This document shows positions 24,101 through 37,841 of a DNA stretch of 64,000 nt, one piece after another. The DNA is from Pavona decussata (Eukaryota), in assembly GCA_977016875.1 (NCBI GenBank), contig CDRNST010000093.1, positions 310,001 to 374,000 of the forward strand, in the 5' to 3' direction. The translations under genes were made by a program, and so were the position numbers. The notes beneath the pieces were generated by a model that worked only from the letters and a program-made list of their open reading frames with translations, had not been told where the DNA came from and ran no database searches. Position 1 is the first letter of the stretch. Every line of letters starts with the position of its first letter.

Positions 24101-25489
24101 CAGCATATAACTCGGTCAGTATAAGCCACAAGATACCGATCGATCGCCTCTTGATGTTGATGTCCGTTTAACCGGAACCAAGCAAACGGACATAACCTCT
24201 GCTCTTTCGCCGTGACCTAGAAAATCGAAAACGAATGGAGCCACCTCAAAGGTCAAGCTTTTTTTCCCAATCATCCTGTAGGCGCCGATAAAAACACGTC
24301 CTTTCCACAACAGTGACTTTCGATTACTTTGCGCTGATGTTCGCGGACATCTCTGTACTTTGCTTTTTGCAACCCATACACGAATTGCGTCGTTAAATGA
24401 ACGTATAATCAGTGCGAGGAATTTAGAAGTTCTTGGTCGTAGACCGAAATAACAATCGCTATCGAAGAGCTAGTGTTGTATGTTCGAACAGCTTCGCGCG
24501 TGATCTGGTTATGATCTGGCTTGATTGACGTGTACTTTCATATCGCTGGTTCTGATTGGATAATGCTACAGGAGGAAAATTCCTCCTGTAAATTTTGCGC
24601 GCTGCAAGTGATAAAAGTCGCTCGCGCCAGGTCCATTCAATGAGAATCGAGCGAGNNNNNNNNNNNNNNNNNNNNNNNNNNNNNNNNNNNNNNNNNNNNN
24701 NNNNNNNNNNNNNNNNNNNNNNNNNNNNNNNNNNNNNNNNNNNNNNNNNNNNNNNNNNNNNNNNNNNNNNNNNNNNNNNNNNNNNNNNNNNNNNNNNNNN
24801 NNNNNNNNATGGCGACCTCTTCAGCATAAAATGCTGATAAATAAAGGCCCAGCAAAAAAGTAAAGAGCCTAAAAAGCTTAAATACAGCCAATAACTTTAA
24901 AAGTAATTTTAAAAAAGCTCCTGACCTATAGAATTCTAAAGTTTTAAAAATCATGACCGAGTTAACATCCTTCGTTTAATTTAGAATATCATTAAGAAGT
25001 TTTGTTCCATTGAAATAAAAAGACTTCCTTGCAGTCTCAGTTCTCACGTTCGGAAGCATTAAGTTCTTCCCAGTCCCCCTCGTGTTGTGGATAGTTCTAA
25101 AAGCCTTAAAGGAAACCTCCACTCTCGAAACTTGTTGAAAATACAATCTACTTTGAAATTTCGTTGGAAAACATGGACATGATATTTCAGTGTCAGAAAA
25201 AAAACATGATTTGATTATCGCCTATTTTCGCTTTTAAATTTCCGAGCGCCGCCATCTTGGATTTCATGACGTAAAACGGTTGCTCAATTGTTTCACGCAA
25301 AAAAACTTCTGCTGAATAACAATAGCGGCAACCGTTACATGCCATAAAATTCAAAATGGCTGTACCAAGGAAATTTAAAAGCGAAATTAGTCGATAATCA
25401 TATCTAATTTTTAACACACTTGAATGTCATTTCTACGTTTTAGACTAAAATTTAAAATTTAGACACTATTTCCAACACTTAACCGTCAA

Positions 25490-25770
25490 TTTGTTGTCAG
25501 AATGGAGGTTCCCTTTAAAATAATCTTTAAAAAACATTGGAGGGGATTCCTTTAAGCATTCGAAAGTCAAATTAATAGCATGCATGTCACGCCTCATAGA
25601 CAAGGGAAGCCATTTTAAATTCTTCTCGGCGTCTGAATCTTTGCTCTTCAAGACAATCTTTGCCACCCTTCTCTGTGCACGATCTAACCTATTACGTTCT
25701 ATTTTCTCAATGCTGCTCCCTGATGCAACATCACGATAATCCATAACTGGAAAAACAAGAGACTGATAGT
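25490..25770 (-). mobile_element. Degenerate LINE ORF2 C-terminal fragment at the duplication breakpoint
   Basis: YQSLVFPVMDY..RLDRAQRRVAKIVL..LKWLPLSMRR resembles the post-RT region of CR1/L2-type LINEs. Confidence 0.65.
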
Positions 25771-26370
25771 GCACGTTTATAACTTATTGGAGCCCGAAAA
25801 AGCCTTTGCTCGTAGATTTCGAACTTTTAAAACACTCGAAAACAGTTAATTCAAGACACGCGATTAACATTCGCTCCAACCATTTGCAAATTACATTCGA
25901 ATCTCTACAAGTACAAGAATTTTAATTCCTCACGATATCGCCTTGTGCCCCTCACTTCCGATACCATAAAAAGTCAGAACCAAGCAACTACACAGACCCA
26001 CATATTACCAACACAACTTCACGCTCTACAACCTTGCACGAGGTTCCTTTCGTGGAGTGCATTTATTTCGTGGTAAATTCTGCTATTCTAACTCTTCTTA
26101 CTAGGTTCACCGAGTCACCGTTAGTTTTTGCGCTAGAAAGGTTTCCAGCGCTGCCTCGGCCTAGTTCGCGAAAACGGCAGGAAATCACGCTTTCATGATG
26201 TTGCCAGTGTTGCAACAGTGCAGTGCAGTGTTTCAACTAGGCCTAGTACTGAAAATTAACTATTAACGCTCTCATTATTGTAGGCCCCTCTCCAGTTAAG
26301 AACAAGCGAGAATATTGAACCATTGAACCAGCTTGTATTAATTGAAGTGAAAAGATAGACAACTGCTATA

Positions 26371-29300
26371 ATGGCCTCTTCAGTAGCATCCTCAACAGAG
26401 CAGCGTCGGTGGTTAGTTGTGGGGATTGCTCTTCATCATGTTCTAACTCCATGCCTCAGAGAGAAAATTAAGAACGAAATGACACCATTCTACCAACATG
26501 TGGTGCGAAACTTTGGATTGGACAAACAGACGTTTGCTACTCACAACAAAACCATCTCACCATCAATAATAAATTTGAACTACGGAAGCATTAACAATAA
26601 TGCTGCAACTCATCGGCATCCACGTCACTACGACTACTCTGTAAAGGACGAAGTTTCTTTGGCCAAGCTCTTCATGAAGCCATTTATGGCGCAGTTCAAC
26701 GCGTTTGACCATTCTTTCGACTCTTCAGCAGCTCTGGCTGTCCTGTGTGGAGCATTGCCCTTCACGTCTGTCAAACGGTTTGCTGAGGATGTGAGGTCCA
26801 AAGTCCGCAACAAATGGGCACATTGCGACGTCACGGACTGGACGGAAGCGCATTACGATGACTGCTTTGATCTCATGGAAGCTCTAGTCGTGAACCTGAA
26901 AGTGGAACCTTCTGATGAAGTGAGAATTCTGGGTGAACTCAAATTGTGGAGGAATCAGGGTAAGTCAGGGGGGCCTGGCAGTAAATGTGTAAATGAATCA
27001 AACGAGTAAAGTGAGCAGCTTGTTAAGAAAGGTTATTGTATTAAAGTTGAGATAGGTTTTTTGCATAATTTAACCTTGTTTCCTGCCTGGAGTATTGTGC
27101 ACGTCTCTTCGGAAGTTCAGCGTGAGGCTGCACTATAGTCTAACCTGCTAGGGCAGATGCATTCTGCCTCTCTCCCCTCCCCGCGCCCTTTTTTCTGTGG
27201 GTGAAACAAAGGCCACAAAAGGCGTTTGGTCTCGAAGATTAGTACGTGCCGCGAAGACATGCAATACATCATTTGCAACTCTGTTTGCTCAATCATTGAA
27301 ATCTTTCGAAGGAGCTACTATGTGAAGCCACAATTCCACGAAGATTAAGTAAACGTATTGTAGCTTAAATTTGCCTTCCTACTCATTTTTTCCAGGGCTT
27401 GAGATATGCCTTGGTAAACCGCTTGACGACACTCTTCTCCAAGACATGCGTAGGGAAATTCAACAACTTTCTGACTCGTTGGATAGTCACAAAGAGCAGG
27501 ATGACAACATTCGTGCTACTCTTGGCTTGCTCAAGACTGAGTTCGAGAACTCTATAGTCTCACTTCAAGAAAAACAGTCCATTCTGGAAAAGGCTTGTGA
27601 AGGGCTAAAGAGCAATCAAGAAATGATAAGAGAAGAGATGAGTTCTAAAGACAAGGAACATGAGATGCAGTGGGAAATAACAGAGAAAGTGCAAAGCCTG
27701 TGTAAAACCCTGGAAACCAAAAGTTTGTCTATGCAGAGAAATTTGGATGTGCTGATGACAAGAGTAAATAACATGTCTCCTTCAGACGATTTCAGTCAGG
27801 TTGTATTTGATGCTCCAGACCAAAGCAAGTGGTTTACAGGTAGAGAAAAAGAAGTCAAAAGCCTTGAAAGATGCCTCCCGTTTGGAGAAAGCAAAGGATT
27901 GAGAATGGCAGCCATCTGCGGTCTTGGAGGATGTGGAAAGACTACCTTGGCGGTTCAGTTCGCATGGAAGTATAAACACGAATACGAGGGAGGTGTATTT
28001 TGGATTTCCATGGAAGACGACATAAAGTTTGAAAACTCCATAACTGACCTAGCCTTGCGTTTGGAAATTCAGGCAAATTCGTTCGATATGACGCTTTCAA
28101 AAGTTTTAACATGGATCTCTAAGCAGCAGAAGCCCTGGTTGTTAGTTCTTGACGATGTCGACCAACAACATCTCTCTGAACAAATGCACAAAGTATTGTG
28201 TGGTCGGTGGAAAAGGCAGGCTTGGGGCCACATCCTTGTAACAACAAGGCGTGAAACAAAGGAGGTTTGTGAGTCTATCAACCTGGAGCCATCTTGTTGC
28301 CTTGAAGTTTCTACCTTCCCCGAAGAAGATGCAAGAAGGTTTCTTATTACCCGGTGTGATGTCAGTGATTCAACAGAGCAAAAGGCTGTTCTAGATGAGC
28401 TTGTTCGCGAGCTTGGCGCTCTCCCTCTAGCCTTAGAACAAGCCGGCGCCCACATCAAAGCACTTCAGTGCTCCATCAGTACATACCTTGAGGAGTACAA
28501 AATTCAGCGATTAAATTTGTTGAGCCAGCACCCACGGGCAAAACCACTTTGGGAATACGAGTCTAAACACCGCCTGGCAGTGCACACCACGTGGCTTTTA
28601 AACTTTGAGTACGTCCGAAAATCACCTCATGGAGAAACTGCATCCCGTTTTGTCCAAGCTGCTGCGTTTCTGGCACCGAATGAAATTCAAGATGAGCTAA
28701 TCAACGTTCGACTGCTTTCCGCTGACGACCCGTCTAGTCAAAGTTATGGTCTTCCTCTGATAAGAAACCACATCATAGAAACTTTAACCAAGTTTTCACT
28801 TTTTCACAGAAAGAGCCCCAGATCCCTTGGATTGCACCGTCTCGTTCAGGAGGTAGTTCGGAACAGAATGACCTTTGAAGAAACCACCTCGTCATTGATT
28901 AGAGCAGTGCGGATTGTTCATCAATCTTTCCACGATTTCCCATCGCCAGACCAAATCCTTACGGATGTCATAGCGAGTGTACCAGAACAGCCATCTGCGT
29001 TTGTCGTTAACCCTTCTCAGTTATACATGTGGTCCAAGTTAACGAATCATGCTTCTGAGCTGCAGCATCATTTGAGGAAATTGCTGGATCAACAGGACAT
29101 CGGTCGGGAAAATAAAACAGCCGTTTTAACTCGCGAGGCATCTCGTATTGTGTATGAAAATGCCATTTATTTAAGCGTCCATGGCCATCAAGAGGATGCC
29201 AAGGTATCCGAACGATTCGCATTTCAAATTTTGGATTCATGTCCAAGTGACGGTAAAGTCCTTTCCCCCGAGGATATCAGAAAGCTTTTTCCACACACTT

Positions 29301-31498
29301 TACCTCTTTCTCAAAAGTTGCAGAAAACTGTGCTGTACTCATCTCGGCCTCCAATTGAGAATCAGGCGTCAGAAGGTTACAAAGAAACGCATCTACTAAA
29401 TGCTGCCACAGATGAGATCCGTTTACGAGGAAACGACTTTTTCAGAGACGGGTGTTTCAAAGAAGCTGTTGAAACGTACACACAAGCTCTCGAAGCAAGT
29501 AAGGGGGCAAAGCACCCGGACCCACGTTTGCTCAACAATCGAGCAACTGCGTATCTGAAAATGGGAAATTTTAAAGAATGTATCCATGATTCTGATGAGT
29601 ACATTAAAATCATGCCCAACTGTTGGAAAGGGTACACAAGGAAAGCTTTGGCTCTAAATGGGCTTGACATGAGGCTTCCTGCTTTATGCTCGGCCGCCAT
29701 CGCATATTACCACAATACCGACTGTTGTCGTCGTTATGAGGCTTTTAGAAATGAGTTTGGAGATCTTGATGCAAAATGGGAAGTTGCCACCAGTTCAGAA
29801 GCTCTCAGAAGTCTCCTACAACGAAACAAAAGCAAAAATTCGAGAAACAAAGTTCTGCTCCTCAAAAATTCACATTACGAAATAGACGACGCTGCGGCAG
29901 GTGACGACACGTTCACCTTTGTAACAGACACCATAATGGCTCCCCTTGGTAGCAGACCAAATACTACAATAAACTGCGGCGTCCTTTCTTTGCGAAAGAA
30001 TTGCTTTTTCGAAAACATTGATTTTTCTGCAAAGAATGGAATTGTGGTTCTACCAGGCGCGGATGTAGAATTCCACAAATGTAAATTTCGGAACGCTGTA
30101 TCAGAGCAGCCAGTGATATCTATTCTTGGAGCATCAAGGTTTTTTGAATGCGTGGTCAGGGACAGCAAAGGTAGTGGAATAGGCGTATCAGGACCTAACT
30201 CGTCTGCTGCACTGATTAAATGCCAAATAAGTGGAAACGGAAGGATGGAAAATCCATACGCCTTTGGGATCAGAGTGTTTGATGGGGGACATTTGTTAGT
30301 TCACAAATGCCACATATACGGAAATATCAGGGGAATTTGGGCTGATGAAGGCCCAAAAGCGGGTGTCCCTGCCAAGGGGGTGATGATAACAGATTCAGAG
30401 ATTTATGACAATAAATACGAGGGTATTGTCGTAGGTGCATTTACGTTGTCATCACCAGTGACCCCAGTCGTTGTGATACGTAGAAACAAGATTTACCACA
30501 ATGGAATGTTCGGTTTCCGCGCTACCCTTAACATCAATGACGTACTTTTTGAGAACAACATGGTGTTTGAAAATCTTTGGTGGGGCATTTGTGTGCACAA
30601 CAATTCAGGTGGCCTTTATAAAGGAAATGAGATTTGCAACAACAAAATGGGCGGAATAATGGTGGGTAAACAAAGTCCAGGAAAGCCATCTTGCGTGATC
30701 GAAAACAACTTTATCCACGACAACTGCGGGCCAGCCTTTCATGAAGGACTTCGTCCCTCCGAATGTGATTCGTTTCCAAAGGAATTACGAAAGTTTTTTA
30801 AACAAGCACTCACAGCACGAAAAGAAGGCCAATGCATGGGATATGGTGTTTCTCTTCCCAATAGTGTGTCAACATCATTTAATAACAATCACTGTCCTCA
30901 AAACGACCAAGGGCAGACGAATTTCACAGCAGCTACTCTGAAGCCTTACTGCGTCTTTTGTTTCAGTCGCGGCGTTGAATTGAAATTATGCAGAAGTTGT
31001 ATGACAGCTTCGTATTGCGGGAAGAATTGTCAAAAACTCCATTGGGTGAAGCACAAGTACATTTGCAAAGCCACTGGTCAAAGGAACGCCATAGAATTGC
31101 CTTTGCCAACAGAAGAGTATTTTATGGTATCTAAGGCCCATCCAGATTTAGAACCTACTGGTCCAGACTACGCTTCTCCTCCCCCGAGAGATGGAAATCG
31201 CTTTGTTGTTAAAATACAAACCTTAGAGGCAGGTTTTTATGGAGACATCATAGACATGAGAGGGTTCGTCAGTGATGAACAGGACCCCAGCAAAGCCAGG
31301 ATGGTGGTTTATGATCGTAGCCGTCATGTCAATTTTTATGCTAGTGGTAAACCGCAGCTCTATCATTTAATCATGGGATGCGGAATGATGGGAGTGAGCA
31401 TGACTCTTACGAAGAAATTGTATTGTTGGGCGGCATTCAAAGATGCTAAGACCCTTCGAATATTCACTCACGAATTCCCACAGGTTCAGAAATGGTGA
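26371..31498 (+). CDS. NLR-like STAND protein copy 2; join(26371..26959,27396..31498), 1563 aa
   Basis: Same 589-nt first coding exon, donor GTAAGT at 26960 and acceptor AG at 27394-95. All motifs are intact (RNKWAH, GLGGCGKT, LVLDDVD, GALPLAL, LHRLVQ, TPR, beta-helix, MYND). Confidence 0.88.
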
Positions 31499-33476
31499 CG
31501 GCACCAACGAAATACGAAACCGCTTGAGTCTATTGCTCACTCAGATTAATGTTGTGACCGGTTCTTTTGAAGTAACTTCAAGTTATATGATGGCTCGAAG
31601 TTACAAAGATAAAGATTAATGATGCTCTGAACCATCGTCAACAATAACAACACGTTCAGCAATCTCAGCACTTTGAGTCGGTGTCAAAATCAAATTACAA
31701 TTCAGAACGCACGCAGGAATACCTCACATATTAAGGCTGGAGGCATGAAGATCTCTGGAATTCAGGGATCCTCTTCAGCAGTTACCCCGAAATTAGAAAC
31801 TTTGAGTCAGTACTTTCCTAATCTCTAATATATTACTTTTTCCGAAAAGTGATTTAGAATTCTGGGTTTCTGAAAATGTGTATCTCGGTATCATAGGCGG
31901 AAGAAAACTAAAGTAACTAGAGTTCATTTGAATTCAGTTAAAGCTGTATATAATTAATTACAAAAGCGTTGATATGATTTGCCACAAAAAAGTCCTTGTT
32001 GTTTTGTTTCGAATAGTAATCATCAGGATTTACGTTCTACGTCCGCCATCGTTCCGTATACGCGTGAGGATTAATGCGATGAGAGCTAGGTCACAAGGTC
32101 TTTTAAGTGACAAATCAAATCAAGACTACATTTGCCGTTTTATTCTCAATTACAAGAGATTTTGTAGTTTGCCGCGAATCTTTTTCAAAGGGCGGATGAT
32201 CAAAATTCGGGCGCGATTTCAACACATCGTTCCACCACACCTCGACCCGTACAATTTATTTTTTAGCCGGTCTGCTTGCGCATGCGCTTAACCGTAAACA
32301 GCGGACTTTAAAGCGCGAAGAATACACACTTAGACTCGTTTTCAAGTGTTCTCTATTGTTTGCCATTTTATTGTTCAAAAACGCTAATATTTAACAACAC
32401 GTAATAACGCAGAACATGTATGAAAAGTATTGATGTAAATACACGAAAAAGCAGTGTGTTATTTTGCATGCCACAATGATCGGCGATGACCGAAGGAGTC
32501 AGTATTGAAATACATCATGACGTTTGACAATACTATTCGCTATCCCACATTACCCACAAAATCTTTCTTTTTTTTTTTTTCTTTACTATTTGCCTTATTA
32601 TTGAATTTTCAGTAAACTCTTAGCTTTTCTATGATTTAATTTTACCGATGTGACTCCTTATAACACAAGTTTTTCCACACTTTCCAAATGTATCTTTTCA
32701 TCTTTTCAAGAAGAACGTAATGTCGACATTTTTGGAGGTGGGCAAACATCGTTCTAGAAATAAGCTCAGAAGTAGTGTCTTGTAAATGGTTGACCAGACT
32801 TGAAATGATTCGAGCAAAACTTTTCATTCATAATGACAATGGATATGTACCTTTGACCAGACCAGGATAACGTGAAGAGCACTTCTCTTCCATCGTGCTT
32901 AAATCCAATGAGGAGAATACAACACAGTTAGAAAATTGTCGGGAAACCCTTTACATAACTTTTTTTAAAACGTTGCACCGTCTCTGTATATTGACTAGCG
33001 CGATTTTGTTTCCAAAACGTACAAGGGACGTGCGGTCACCTAGATTAGCTCATCGAGTTCTTTCTTTCATCCAGCTTCACAAATCCCTTCATTCTCGGCA
33101 ACAGAACCTTATCATTGAAGGTCTGTTCTTCGTTGCACCTCACGCCAGGTGGAGTTGCCTGTACAGCCAAGCTGCTGTCATTCCGACGTACCGTTTATTC
33201 ATCCCCTGGGAGATTTCCTCTAGCCTGGTAGCAAAGATCTGCGCTAGGCACCAATTGATTTAAGGCTAATCGGGCCGACCTCGGTTTGTTTTGTGTCCAA
33301 GTTTTCGTCGTGGATATAGAATTCCAGGGCATGATATATAAATGAGGTAAATTTAGTGTACTCTATTGAGATGATACAGAAGCGGAATTGCAAAAAAAAA
33401 AATTCAAAAAGAAAAAAAAAGGCTTTTAAGTCTAATCTTGCCTTTTTTACGCCTTTAGAAGCCAATAACTTTCAAT

Positions 33477-33678
33477 TGTGAACAGGCTCCCGTAGCCGGA
33501 TTGGGCGAATGAAACGGCGAAGGAAAAGGCGGCGAGCGAAGCGAGCCGAGTGACCGCTCCTTCCTTCGCCCCAGTCCCCCCTCGGCCAGCTCCCCTCTCG
33601 GTACAGTTTTCCCCGGGCTCGCTTCGCTCGCAGTGTTTTCTTTCGTCCTATCCCCTACCGTAGCCTATTCACAGGCTA
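33477..33678. mobile_element. MITE-like element with a truncated left TIR
   Basis: TGTGAACAGGCT at the left versus AGCCTATTCACA(GGCTA) at the right (11/12 inverted match). It sits where unit 1 instead has ~1.2 kb (about 19318-20550). Confidence 0.6.
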
Positions 33679-33999
33679 ATTCATAGGCAAAGGTCCTTTG
33701 CGGCCTTAAACGAAGAAAAGATCAATTCTCTCTCCTGACTCCACGTCCTCCCCTCCGCCCCGCCCTCAACTCTAAACTATTCCCTTTAATTGATACGGAG
33801 GAAACGTTTTTAGTTAATGTTTGGGAGGGGAGGGAGGTTCACTGAGTAGACTGTTAAGATTTTGATTTGAGAGAGAGAAGAGCAAAAATACTCTTTCAAA
33901 ATGTAAAATTGCAATTGTCTGTCATCTCCTTCCCCCGACGCTTTCTAAACTTTTTTTTTCATGATATTGACGTGACATACACACGCTCACTCTTACAAT

Positions 34000-34284
34000 A
34001 TGCAATATCCCGGATCTTTACAGACAGTCACGCGATCAGACAAGATTTACTTTCGTTTTCGAACTCGATGCTCTCTTGTTCCCTGATAATTTTGGCTTTG
34101 AAAACCAACCCAAAAAGGCGAAATCCGAAAGTGAAAGAAGAAGAAAGCGTCACATTGCCCAGCTTGACGGATCTGTTCTTATATAGTTTGAATTGGATCA
34201 GTTTCATTTGTAGCCAGTGAAAATATTTGGAAACCCAGAAGCCATGCAATATGGCGAACAAGTGAAATAACCAAGTAGGTAAGT
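34000..34284 (+). promoter_or_regulatory. Putative promoter and first exon (type B) of copy 3
   Basis: Near-identical to 20881-21169. ACTTTCGTTTTC at 34049-60, GAAAGTGAAAG at 34127-37, donor GTAAGT at 34279; candidate acceptors AG at 36470-71 or 36479-80 before the ATG at 36545. Confidence 0.5.
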
Positions 34285-37200
34285 ACAGGCAATACTTAGC
34301 TATCTGTATCTTGAAATGCTGTTTATAAACCTCTAGATAAACAGGTCAAGGGAGTTGAAACATTGTTTAATGCCTTGGTTGGTTGTAATGCCTTTGAAAT
34401 ATTTAGTTTAATCACAGGCATCTGCTTTCTGCTGTCGGTCGTTTTAGCGACATCTACGAACGAGAAAGTAAGAGAATAGCAATCTCATAGCTTGATTATG
34501 GATCCATGATGCAGAATCTTCAGCTATATTTTAACGTTTAGATTTCGTTGTCTTCGTCCGCCATCTCAGTTTGTCCATAATAAAGTAACCTTAATTCAGT
34601 CAGTTAGAAATGTTCAGTATTATATGGCAATAGTATTAGTCGGGCCGGATCATTTCGGTTCGCAAATTAATCAGCAGCCTTCCACCGCTTCTCCGGATAA
34701 AAACAACTAACAAGAACATTTATTAATAAACAGAAGACTTAAAATACCGTCACCTTTGTTGGCAGATCGTCTTATAAACCCTTTTATTTTTGTAAGATAA
34801 TACCGTGTGATCTGTTCGGATTATTTAGCTGAACTTGAAAATCGCTGAAAATTTTAGGGAACGGTAACTCATCCCTAATCGAATTTGTAAGCTGCTGTCA
34901 CCTGGTTTTCGGAAAATACTAGCTAGCTACTAACATATTTCCCTCAGAAACAGAAGGGGTTGGATTTCGAGTAGTAAAAAATTTCGTGATAATATTTAAA
35001 GAATTTATTCCCATTAATCCGAGTCTCTAAGATACGTGGGTCATGCCTTCACCAAAACATTAGCTCCAGCTCCTGTCCTGCTCCACGCCAGCTGAACTTC
35101 TAAACAAATGTTCAGTTAATATATTTCAAGATATTATTCACTGAAAAGATTGCCTCCCAAAGTGGGTGGAAATACTGTTTGAATGTAGGGTGGTTTGAAC
35201 AGGAGCAAGGTTCATGTTTGAAATACCTGAAATACCATTCTGTTATACGGCTCTCTTTCAGCTCTTTGGCCCTTAACTCACTGAAAAAGCAATTTGACTA
35301 ATATCTACTTTTTAGATAGGCTTGTTTATGTTTTCATACCAGAATAAGCTACTTGGTTCCCATTTCCACTCTACATGATGTGAAACAAGAAATGTAAACT
35401 ATAATAAATGTCAATCAGCCTTTGAAACAAAATCATGTCAGGAAATTTTCTGTAATTTATCAAGGCCGAAAATTTTGGAATTTATTTTCATCTTAATTTA
35501 CGTATTTAAACTGGGGATATACTGATAGAATCCTGTAGTTGATGTCTAAGCCAGTGTCTGACTATGCCTGTCACTATACGAAGCATTGTGCAATAGTCTA
35601 TAGGTCAATAGTTTGTCTAGTGTGACGTAATTGTACTTGTATTGTCAAGTGGCGTGTCAAAGTCCCAAGTGATTTTCCACCCACGGTTACATGTGACTGT
35701 AGCGTGTGACCCCTCCATAACTTAGCGCCAATCCCCACTTGAACCCACTCAATTTGAACCTTCCTGAGTACGTTAGTTTCCACTCTTCAAGTACTGCAGG
35801 GTCGTGCTCCACATCCTACCCTCCCTCCCCCCCCCCCCCCCACCCTTCACCGATAGCCCTGTCAAATCCCATCTTTCACCTTTCACAGTTACACCAGCAA
35901 TCATTCTGTGATAATATCAAAATTTTCCCAGACGTTTCACAAGTTTCAGGGCGTTTTTTTAAATATTAAAGTTATTCAGGTTCAAATAATTCGCCGCGGG
36001 CAGATTTTTCTCTCCCCCGTTAGGGTTATAGTTTCCATGTCACATACGTCCTTCTATCAATGATTTCGCTGATGTAGTACGCACTACTATTGTACAGAGG
36101 TAATAGTATTTATTGTCGTGGGCAGCCTGGTATGGAGGGGTTGGGCAGGGGTGCGAACGTATATAAAGTTTTGTTTAGGGATTTCACAAGTCAAGCAGGA
36201 GTGTAGAAGAGATAGGGAAAGCTGTCATTTAAGGTAATATAAATAGGTTTTTCAAGAAATCTCGTTGCCCTTTGACGACGATTTCTGCCTATACCCTGGT
36301 TCACACTTAGGAATCCTTAATTGCAAGAATATAACCTGGATACTAGGATTTTTGGCAGGAAATCTGTCGCTACTAGTGATCTTTGTAAGTGACTGAAATA
36401 ACCTGTACAAGCGCTTCGAAGAGAATTTTTTTGAGGTTGTTAACCATAATCGTTTCGGTTTTCTTGGGTAGTTCATCCAGAGAAAGGGAGAGAAAGATAT
36501 ACCAGCTGATATTAAATCGTGTCAAGAAATACTCAGCGATTGGTATGGCTTCCTCATCTGGAACATCGGAGGAGCAGCGCCGGTGGTTAGTTGTGGGGAT
36601 TGCTCTTCATCATGTTCTAACTCCATGCCTCAGAGACAAAATTAAGAACGAAATGACACCATTCTACCAACATGTGGTGCGAAACTTTGGATTGGACAAA
36701 CAGACGTTTGGTTTTCACAAGAAAACCATTCCACCATCAACAATAAACTTGAACTACGGAAGCATTAACAATAATGCTGCAACTCATCGGCATCCACGCT
36801 ACTACGACTACTGCGTAAAGGACGAAGTTTCATTGGCTAAGCTCTTTATGAAGCCTTTTATGGCGCAGTTCAATGCGTTTGACCATTCCTTCGATTCTTC
36901 AGCAGCTCTGGCCGTTCTCTTTGGAGCATTGCCGTTCACGTCTGTCAAACGGTTTGCTGAGGACGTGAGGTCCCAAGTTCGGAATGAATGGGCACATTGC
37001 AACTTCACGATTTGGAGTGAAGGACATTACAATATCTGCTTTGATCTAATGGAGGCTCTGATTACAAACCTGCGCTTTGCACCTGCTGACAAAGCAAAGA
37101 TCCTGGATGAACTCACGTTTTGGAGAAAGGAAGGTATGATAGTAATAACTGCTATCTACTGTAACTTGTATGAAAGCCATCACTCGCATAACAAACCATC

Positions 37201-37549
37201 ATGCAACCTCGATGTTCATGATATGCTCTTTAACGTAGCATTTGTATTTGTCAAGTAACCACAGAACTTTATTGATTTGTTTCAGTTTTGGTATTTTCAA
37301 TAACTGCACAGTGAGGACGAAAAAGGTAGAATCCGGGCACGATCCTGGAGTGTACTCGAGATTTGTACATGTCACGCTTAATGATAAAAGATAAAGCACT
37401 TGATCACGGAAAATAGTCTTCAGAGTTTCATTATACAACCTTTAAGTGTACATAAAAAGACACGTAAAATTTGATTTGGATGGAGTGGGCCGATTCGGTG
37501 ACCTTGCGCTGGTGCCAATGCAAACGTCCCAACAGCTAAAGATTGTTAT

Positions 37550-37722
37550 TAAAAACTGGATCATTGTATAATGCAATTCCAGGGTTTTGATTGGCTTAGC
37601 GGCCATGGTATATGAGCCATTATACCATGACCGAGACGTAGCGACCATAAATTGTTTTCTGGTTGCTCTTGAAAAGGAAATCAGCAATGCCTACCAATAT
37701 TTCTTGATTGTTTTTAATAAAA

Positions 37723-37755
<33 letters not shown>

Positions 37756-37760
37756 AGATT

Positions 37761-37815
<55 letters not shown>

Positions 37816-37841
37816 TGCGCTCGTGGAATAATTGTTAATTA
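37550..37841. mobile_element. Intronic insertion ending in a ~116-nt imperfect palindrome
   Basis: Absent from the paralogous copy-4 intron (aaagattgctatattctt, ~52273-52290). The hairpin spans 37721-37836 (aacaattattccac...gtggaataattgtt). Confidence 0.65.

Noticed and set aside
36389-36544. N-terminal extensions from the ORF track (36389, 50800, 27371, 52618, 62071)
   Set aside because: They begin at non-ATG or intronic codons and are not conserved between paralogs.
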